DNA from: Paraspadella gotoi
Lineage: Eukaryota > Animalia > Chaetognatha
Reading direction: 5' to 3'
NCBI GenBank assembly: GCA_051294375.1
Contig: JBJCIZ010001476.1
Span: 1-11,912 of the forward strand
Length of the DNA: 11,912 nt
In this document: positions 1-7,344 of the stretch, in pieces
How positions within the stretch are numbered: position 1 is the stretch's first letter
How the letters are laid out: each line of letters opens with the position of its first letter
Made by a program: the position numbers and the translations under genes
The notes under the pieces: model-generated
What the model saw: the letters and a program-made list of their open reading frames with translations, nothing else
What the model was told of the DNA's origin: nothing
Databases searched by the model: none

Positions 1-284
1 CATTCAGCAGGTGGCGGGCCCCAGGGCGAGTCCGATAAAAGGTTTGGCACTTCCCGCGCAATCGGACTCTGCGAAGGTTTTGGCGGAAACGATGGAAGAT
101 CGATAACTTTTCTTTTTTTGTCTCGAAGTATAGTGAGAGACTGAGGACACAAGACAACCAATTTACAGGGGCTCGTTTATAGTGGCTATTTTTCGGTCGT
201 CAAAATTATCTTTGCGACAGTAGGCGAAAACCAATTACATTATAAATTAATTTTAAGTTTTTACTACTTCTTTTTCTCCGCCCA
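1..284 (-). CDS. Exon: second half of NTR-like domain plus Pro-rich extension, truncated by the window edge
   Basis: WAEKK / KNLKL.YN / LVFAYCRKDNFDDRKIATINEP / CKLVVLCPQSLTILRDKKRKVIDLPSFPPKPSQSPIAREVPNLLSDSPWGPPPAE. Strong polypyrimidine-cag acceptor at 285. Confidence 0.5.
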
Positions 285-2575
285 CTGAGAAAGAAAAAAA
301 AAAATAAAAGGAAAATACGAAATCCTTTTCTCCGATTCGGGATGAACTCAGCGATCGTTGAACCGTAAATAAACGAGCTAACGAGTACGATTCGTCGTCG
401 AATCAACGGGGATCAAACGAATGAAGTTTGATTGACGAGACGTGTTTCGATCGCGGGCGCCGCATTTGTACAAAATCTGGCTCCGCGTGGTTCCTTTGTG
501 ACGTCCCGCCGATAATTGACGAGCAAATATAAAGGAATAAGTTTATACGCTTATCTCAAATGAACATTTTTTTCGTATTATCTCTTTTAATGGTATTTTT
601 GTTTTCCTACTGCCAGCTTATCATTTGTTATTTTGTAGACGTTGCAGTGAGTTCACGACACCTCTGAGCATGACACGGTGACTCATTGAGTAATACTATC
701 AGCTTCTGACCATTAATACCGGGACCGATCCCGCACTAGTACTACCCTGCGGCAACGAGAGACGGTCCGTGAACCGCCGATGGGGCGCTGTAAATCCCCA
801 ACCTAGTTCAGGCCCACGACCGTTTCACGGCCGCTTCAGGGATTAAACAAGTTGCGGAAAGCACTTTTCAGCCACTTAGCGCTTATCCACTTAATCATAT
901 CTTTTATAATTATTATTTCAATATTACTTCTATGGTCTTAGAATTCGCATCCTCACTCAGTTGTCATGGTGTTCCAACTGCAAAACCTTCAGTCCGAAAC
1001 TCGTACTCCTTTGGCCATGTTTGGCGTGGCCGTCTGCACTTCATCTGCGCCACATCTCCGATGCCAGATAATGGAAAGTAAGTAGGAGTACGAGGAAGAT
1101 TGAATATAAAATCACGACATCATATGGAGGTTTCATTTCAAAGGTGTGTTCTTTTTTTTAGTTATTGACTTGGAATTTCGAAGACCCGCTTGAAGTATGA
1201 ATTCCCTCTCACCTGTGAATGGCGGGTTTCGGGGTGAAATGATCTCATCTCCCGCAAGTGAAGATCCGTTTTCAAGGAGAACGAACCGACGTCGCCGTCG
1301 TCACGTCAACGCAAAGACGAAAACGGGAAACAATTCGTCCTAATTCATTGAGTGGGAGGAGGGAAATTGGGGCTCTGGTGGGGCTAGTAAATAAACCCAC
1401 GGTTCTTGGACTTTCGATAAATCTTTCGTAGTTTAATTAAACAACGGATATTACTTTGAGATTACATTATTTTGTATATTAGTTTGCCAAAGCGATTGCC
1501 GATATTTCTTCCGATGACTAAAACTCGAGAAACCCGCGAGACTTAAAATTGATAAAATACTAACTCACCACTCAATGTGGAGAGGGACGCGGGATCGAGG
1601 AGAGAGTTCGGGCCTGGAGCAAGGGCCTCTTCCGGTTTCGACGCCATGTTGGTATTCGAAGGCACAGAGGAGAATAATGCTGTGATAATCGTTGCAAACT
1701 CATAATATTACAATTACATCAATTAAGAGATTGTGCATTGCTTTCAATGAATTAAATTGAATCCAACTGCAGCCTGCGTTTATGTTCATTTCGCGAAATT
1801 TCACCTGCCAAGGCTTCCAGCGTACAAGCTTCGCAAATTCTTCTTCTGCGATCGAAAAAAGATTCCGCTCATCGTCACGAATTTGACGTTAGTTAGGTGA
1901 TTCGAAAGGCTCCGCCCAAGTTGACCGTAATTGACGGGGCTGTTCTGGACGCCCTAAATAAAACGTCATTATTATAAAACGTTATAGGTTTTTTTTTGAA
2001 CTTACGACGTTACAGTGAGTTACCTCAGCAGGCTCCGACTGCCACCAGGTGTTACGTTTGCAGTCACAGGCGAAACCGGGCGGGTGCGATCCGGTCCGCA
2101 TGACCGCAGTCATTCGACACCACTCCGTCTGGGGGTTGGGATTGGTAGCAAAGTTACAGAAATCGCATATGCTAACAATATAACAGTTTCCAAGCTTGCC
2201 CGAGTAGAACTAGTGATTTATTGTTTTTCAGAGAAATAAATGCACAAATTGTTTAAAAATTCATGTACGAAGAAGTTTAGAAGTGACAACACATTGTCTT
2301 ATCGATCTTGCGTAGTAGTAGAGTAGTTTTTAGTTTCAGTTGTTTGTGTGTTATTGGTCCGCTATTTAATAGAGACATTCCTTACTTTTTCCTTTTGCAA
2401 AATCGGTAGTCGGAGAACCGCACGTGTTCGTAGATGCGACGGGTCGCGTTGAAAAGCGCATTTTCAAAACTCGGGAACGCAGAATTTGGACAGCGACTGG
2501 TGAGAAAGGAGACAAGGTTCTTTTTTTCTATCCTCTCCCTTGTTCTGTACAGTCATGGTGCAAAAAATCGGGTCA
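1..2575 (-). CDS. Multi-exon laminin-gamma/netrin-family gene (LN domain + ~3 LE repeats + probable NTR-like domain); runs off the left edge; frameshifted, probably by sequencing indels
   Basis: Minus-strand translation gives these motifs in the correct order: FCVPEF..N..FNAT.ASTNTCGSP, SHPPGFACD..NTWWQS, GVQNSPV.ITVNLGGAFRIT, RWKPWQ|HYSPLC, TTATSVR, GDEII, KC.GHA, EHH..CEF, PGINGQK. This is colinear with laminin gamma/netrin LN-LE domains. Exons are bounded by GT-AG sites. Confidence 0.88.
319..528 (-). CDS. Exon: probable first half of an NTR/C345C-like domain
   Basis: ARFCTNAAPAIETRLVNQTSFV / FDDESYSLARLFTVQRSLSSSRIGEKDF, followed by a phase-0 34-nt GT-AG intron (285-318). Loosely resembles netrin KKYCKKDYAV...SRIRRGDQSLW. 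Acceptor not clearly visible. Confidence 0.45.
640..890 (-). CDS. Degraded exon(s): probable LE repeats 2-3
   Basis: GC-rich block with fragments AEKCF and PGINGQK (703-723; compare CKPGVTGQKCD). Too error-rich to count the repeats exactly. Confidence 0.45.
928..1100 (-). CDS. Exon: end of LN plus first LE repeat (boundaries approximate)
   Basis: Fragments SY/YF, SGI, KC, GHA (1023-1031), EHH (966-974) and CEF (941-949) match [20 protein letters not shown]...CxHNTxGxDCExC. Heavily frameshifted. Confidence 0.65.
1213..1339 (-). CDS. Exon: LN domain C-terminal part
   Basis: GRIVSRFRLCVDVTTATSVR / GDEIISP. Compare VTATDIR...TFGDEVF. Acceptor aattag, donor cag|gtgaga. The split Gly codon fits the phase of the previous exon. 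Confidence 0.78.
1569..1679 (-). CDS. Exon: LN domain
   Basis: HYSPLCL / NMASKPEEAL(C), which continues WQ|YYS..C..ALC. Acceptor cacag, donor gtgagt. Confidence 0.78.
1805..1953 (-). CDS. Exon: LN domain core
   Basis: GVQNSPVN / TVNLGGAFRIT / VKFVTM / ESF / RWKPWQ. Compare laminin gamma GVQYP..[28 protein letters not shown]...WIPYQ. Preceded by a 52-nt intron gtaagt...tttag (1954-2005); donor cag|gtga. Confidence 0.85.
2006..2171 (-). CDS. Exon: LN domain with TWWQS motif
   Basis: Stop-free 55 codons: ICDFCNFATNPNPQTEWCRMTAVMRTGSHPPGFACDCKRNTWWQSEPAEVTHCNV. Acceptor ttgttag, donor gtaagt. Confidence 0.88.
2386..2575 (-). CDS. Exon: start of LN domain
   Basis: DPIFCTMTVQNKGEDRKKEPCLLSHQSLSKFCVPEF / NA.FNAT / VASTNTCGSPTTDF. 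Compare laminin gamma CMPEFVNAAFNVTVVATNTCG. Donor gtaagg at 2385, acceptor aag at 2576. No signal peptide in this exon. Confidence 0.85.
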
Positions 2576-2676
2576 CTTTAAATTTAGACTTAAAAAAAAT
2601 ACTATGTATAGTTTTAATTTTTTTTAAATTTAAAAATAAATTAAGAGTTTATTTAAGTTCAAGCGTTTAGCATTAA

Positions 2677-3486
2677 CACGGTCCTTTTTACATCGATTTA
2701 CTCGCATGAGTGCACAAGGAATGAGATGTCCCGGATACCATGTCCGGACCTTTGGGCTACACAAAAAAAGAGGTATCAAATTTTTCCTTAATGACAGTTT
2801 TTTATAAATTAATATAAAATTAGCATATTAAAATCAATAAGTAGAATAAAAAAATTTAAAATGGTTTAAATTTTTTTAAAAATGAAAATATCATGCATCA
2901 TCCTAATCTTGAACAATTTACTTTCGTTGAGTCCATAACCATTATTCTATCTTAATAGTTTATTTGTAATTAATTTTTTTATTAAAAATATATTTTTAAT
3001 TTTTTTCAAATATTTAAATGTAGTGTTTAAAAAATTAAACTATGCCAAAATGATTGAAGAAAAGTTTTATATTATAAGGGACTTACCACCTAATATAGGC
3101 CTTCAAATTACATATATAGTAAGTTTATTATGATGATGTTTTGACATAGAAAATAAATAATTATAAAATGTAAATATATGAAAAAAATTTTAACTTTGAA
3201 TTTTTATTAGCTAATAAACATATTATTATTTAATTGTTCATGATGCTTTTAAAGCTACGGTCAGTTGTATATTCTCAATTTAAAATTTTATAACTTTTTT
3301 ATTTTTAGTAATACTGACTGCTATATTTACTTACTTTGACAAATCCAAAATACTGGTATTAAAAATTTATGTATGAAACAGACGAAAACTTTTTTTGTAA
3401 ATCACATGCTATAATTTTGAACTGATATAATATTATCCTTGGACAAAATTTAAAAAGTTTTTAAACAATCCAACTAACTTTTAAGG
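2677..3486 (+). repeat. Left arm of long inverted repeat (~810 bp)
   Basis: For example catcgatttactcgcatgagtgcacaaggaatgagatgtccc (2691-2732) and tatccttggacaaaatttaaaaag (~3434-3457) have reverse-complement matches at ~5551-5594 and ~4805-4829. Confidence 0.95.
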
Positions 3487-4776
3487 CAAAGTAGGGTTGT
3501 TATAAAAAAAAACTGCAAGATGCAAAAAGTAATAAAAAAAAGTATTTTCTTGATATCTTTTGAAAAAAAAGAGGTAGCAAGGTGGGTGTGGTATTCAAAT
3601 TAAGCCCGAATATGGGACATATTTCTAGACAGTTGTTAATTTTATCCATAATCTTTTACCACAGTTTTATTTAAATACGAGTTAAAAGCGTATAACAGTT
3701 TTTTTGCCCATTACAAATTCAATGAAGCATATTAAAATTTTTGTTTTTCTTTTTTGTAAATAAAAGAGGAAAGTCTGAATACATTTTAATTACCATTAAT
3801 TTTCTCTACTTATAAATTTGTTGTTATTTTTCAGTTAAAGTAAAAAACAAAGCAAAAATTGTAGTTAGGCTTGATAAATGTTTTTTAAATATAAAAAATG
3901 ATAAATAATAAAAGTTTTCAGCTTGGGATTATAAACAGTCTGACGTCTACCTTCTTGTCTGGTGAAAAAAAAAATAATCATTTTTCATTATCTTTTAACT
4001 GCAAGAAAAAGCTTGATATACTGCTTGTTTATCATAATAAAATTTTTAAAAAATTACTTAACTGCTGACATATTTGACAAAGCAGACATCATGTGGTGAA
4101 TTGTATTATAATTTTCTTTTAAATATAACAACCTTTATAAAGGGAATTTAATTCTATTATTTATATCCATTTAATTAAGAAAAAAAAATTTCGTGAAAAA
4201 GGGTTCATTGACTGACTTAATGATTGCATTTTTTAAGGTTTCTTTACTGCCCCATTACGCAGACATAAAAAAAGGTATTATTATTCATGTCACTTGTACA
4301 GATTTCTCTACCCTTTATGCCACTGAATTTGAATTTTCTTTTTTTCCCTTTCAAATGTATTAAATAAAAATTATAGGAGAGAACGATCAGGCATGGCGAT
4401 ACGTTGGTAAGCCTTAGTTACCCCACTTCCCGATCAAATTTTTTAAACAGGTTTTTTTTCATCTATTCTAGACATAAATCTAACCTATTGGTACTATTTA
4501 TTTTTTAATTTTTTACATTCTCTTTCGCGTAATCAAAAAAACGTTTTGCGCTGTCAAAAAAATTATAGAAAAAAAAGTAAACGTTTTCAAATTAAAAATC
4601 TATGAGGAATCTACTATACTAACAAATATACTGATGTTAATATGTGTTAGTATTGATGCCACTCCAAATAAAAAAACTGTTTAAAATATACTGCTTTCTG
4701 TCATATTAAAAGAGGACTACTGATTAAGTTAAAACTACAAAGCAGTCGAATATCAAAATATTTGTACATTTGACAA

Positions 4777-5615
4777 CCTTAAAAATGTTAGTGGATTGTT
4801 TAAACTTTTTAAATTTTTGTCCAAGGATAATATATATCAGTTCAAACAATTAATAAACAGCTATGTGATTTAAAAAAATTTTCGTCTGTTCTTCATACAA
4901 ATTTAATTACCAGTTATTTTGGATTTTGTCAAAAGTAAGTAAATATAGCAGTCAGTATACTAAAAATTAAAAAAAGTTTATAAAATTATTATAATTGAGA
5001 ATCGATACAACTGACCAGTAGCTATAAAAGCACAATGAAACAATTAATAATAATTATGTTTATTATGCCTAAAAAAAAATTCAAAGTTAAAATTTTGGCA
5101 TATATTTATTTTATAAATTTTATTTTCTATGTCAAACATCATTAAATAAACTTACTTATTGTATTTGAAGGCCTATATTTAGGTAGGTAAAGTCCCTTAT
5201 AATTATAAAATTTTTCTTCAACATTTGGCATGTTATAATTTTTTTATTTAAATTATTTGAAAAAAAAAAAATTAAAATAATATTTTAATAAAGAAAATTA
5301 ATTACAAATAAACTATTAAAGATAGAAATAATGGTTTATGGACTCCAAACGAAAGAAAATTGTTCATAGATTCATGGATGATGCATTGATATTTCATTTT
5401 TTAAAAAAATTTAAACCATTTTAAATTTTTTTTATTCACTTTATTGATTTTATATAGCTATTTTAATATTAATTTATAAAAAAACTTTCATTAGGAAATT
5501 TGATTGACCCTTTTTTTGTGTTAGCCAAAAGGTCCGGAACGGTGATCCCGGGGACATCTCATTCTTGTGCACTCCATGCCGAGTAAATCGTATGTTTTTT
5601 AATAAAAGGAACGTG
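4777..5615 (-). repeat. Right arm of long inverted repeat (~840 bp)
   Basis: Colinear reverse complement of 2677-3486 in the segments compared by eye. Differences are mostly 1-2 nt indels. Confidence 0.95.
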
Positions 5616-5989
5616 GAAAATTTTTTTATTAAAATCTGGCTATCCAGATAAGGAGCAGTGATTTTTTTTTAAAATAAAGCACTCCACAACAAAGCTAAAA
5701 AAAAAAAAAAATCTGTAATTGCAGATTAATCTTTTATTCTGATATTTTGTATACTTTGTAATAGATTAAAAAATTAAGAAAATACTCTGGACATCCAGAG
5801 GATTAGCTTAATAATCGATTGACCAGATCCCTAGATAATAATTTTTTAAAATTATTAAAATGAACAACCAATATAATTATATAATTATTAAAAATGGTTT
5901 TTGCACATGAATGTAAATATTAACTTTCAAAAACTTTCAACTTTTATGTATCGTATGCGCTTATAAACATCGAATGAATATTTAAACTA

Positions 5990-6081
5990 TCTCTTCTTCT
6001 CTTCTTCTCTCTCTCACTCTCTCTCTCTCTCTCTCTCTCTTCCTCTCTATCTCTCCCCCTCTCTCTCTCTCTCTCTTTCTC
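5990..6081. repeat. (TC)n/(TTC) microsatellite
   Basis: Directly visible polypyrimidine dinucleotide run. Confidence 0.95.
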
Positions 6082-6436
6082 GTTTATATAATTTACTATA
6101 CTCATTATCCTTGAACTGTATAAATTTAATTTAAATTTTAATTAGTTCACATCGTTTTCAGTAGTTTATATAGACCTGGATTACAAATCATTACTTAAGG
6201 GTTACGACCTAGACTAAAAAAAATCAAATTGTCTCTTTTTCTGTATATTTTCGTCACGTTGACAAATATTTAACTAAATTACCTATTAAAAAAATAAATA
6301 ACAAATAATACCTAATGAAAAATTTAAAAAATGATTTCTTGCGCGTTAATTAGAAAAGTCAAAAAGAGAGAAGGGACCCCTCTCCTTCTTGACGACTTTT
6401 CTTAAATTTCTATCTCAACCCTCGTTCTTATCCTAC

Positions 6437-6529
6437 CTCTCTTCTACGGGGCGTAGCACCGTCCGCTTCCTCGCCGGAAGTCTCTGGCTCCGAGGAAAAA
6501 AATAAGACCAGAGACGAAACGTCCTTCAT
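6437..6529 (-). CDS. Candidate first (signal peptide) exon of the LN gene
   Basis: ATG followed by MKDVSSLVLFF, in a GC-rich island ending in AG|GTAGGA. One frame (RTVLRPVEE) joins in phase to S-DPIFC of exon 2386-2575, but this needs an indel in the T run. Confidence 0.3.
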
Positions 6530-6967
6530 CGCGACTCTTTTCAAAGCAAAAAAAAAAGAAACATCGGAAAAAAAAATAATAAACAGGAATTTCCCTGTCA
6601 ACCGGATCGTAAAACAAAATGGATTAAAATAATTTCGAAAAAAAAAAGAAGTGAGACGATTGATTCTCTCGGGGACGAAAAGACGATCCCTGTGAAGAGA
6701 TTTTCACGAGGCTTCGGATTAATACTCTTGTCTCTGCAACGGACTCAGAAAATCGGACCGACTATAAAACAAAACGAGAACTAACGAGATTAAAAGGGAC
6801 GAAACGCTCACGCGTCAGCCGCCCGCTAAAAACACTTTTTTTATATTATGAAATTTTGAGAAGCTTCGAAAACAGCCGATAATCGGCGAATGAATTAAAA
6901 GTGACATCGACGATTTATTGACCTCGAGTAACAAGTTTTTTTTTTAAATTTTTTGAAGGGAAATGAT

Positions 6968-7344
6968 TCATGCGGAATAATGAGTATGATTACGTCGCCT
7001 CAAAAAGGGCCAGAAAAAAAAAGAAAAAGAAATGTATATGAGGAGCGCCGTAAAGTGAACGACATCCTGCAGACCGAGAGCTCCGCTGGAACGGGCGTGG
7101 AGGTGGAGCTAGACCTGGTTAAAAGGTGACGCGGGCAAATGCCAAAATGTCTCCCCGGAATTAAAATGTCCACAACATTTCATCGGGAAAGAGTTCAAGA
7201 AAGTTTTCGTTCGTCCTGCAAACGGGGCGACGTTTGAGACGTTTGAGACGCTTGAAGACGGAACTGGACGTTGACGGTCCCCACCTCATTTGACGCCGAT
7301 AGTGCAATAACGATGGGAAATCATTTCCGTCGAGAAAAGTGATT
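6968..7344 (-). CDS. Putative terminal exon with hydrophobic tail
   Basis: Acceptor tttttgtctggcttcag. One frame ends SSGALGLQDVVHFTALLIYISFSFFFWPFLRRRNHTHYSA*. Confidence 0.3.

Larger units (their letters stand above)
2677..5615. mobile_element. Non-autonomous foldback-like DNA transposon with very long inverted repeats, possibly piggyBac-like
   Basis: 2677-3486 is the reverse complement of 4777-5615, and the flanks are unrelated to each other. The left end is TTAA|CACGGTCC. The right end reads ...GGAACGTG|GAAA, so the TTAA duplication is not seen on the right. No ORF of 60 aa or more inside. Confidence 0.68.

Noticed and set aside
222-267. Additional ~35-nt intron after WAEKK
   Set aside because: No AG acceptor, and the sequence translates as KNLKL.YN..LVF, which fits the NTR-like pattern.
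2015-2670. Plus-strand ORFs 2015-2239, 2424-2627 and 2434-2670
   Set aside because: They are antisense shadows of the minus-strand LN exons, which carry the recognisable motifs and splice sites.
3487-4776. Transposase remnant in the spacer
   Set aside because: No ORF of 60 aa or more, and no piggyBac or other DDE motifs in the segments I translated. A frameshift-aware search would be needed to exclude it.
2677-5615. Inverted repeat as a fold-back read or amplification chimera
   Set aside because: Sequence after 5615 is not the reverse complement of sequence before 2677, the spacer is unique, and gene orientation is the same on both sides.
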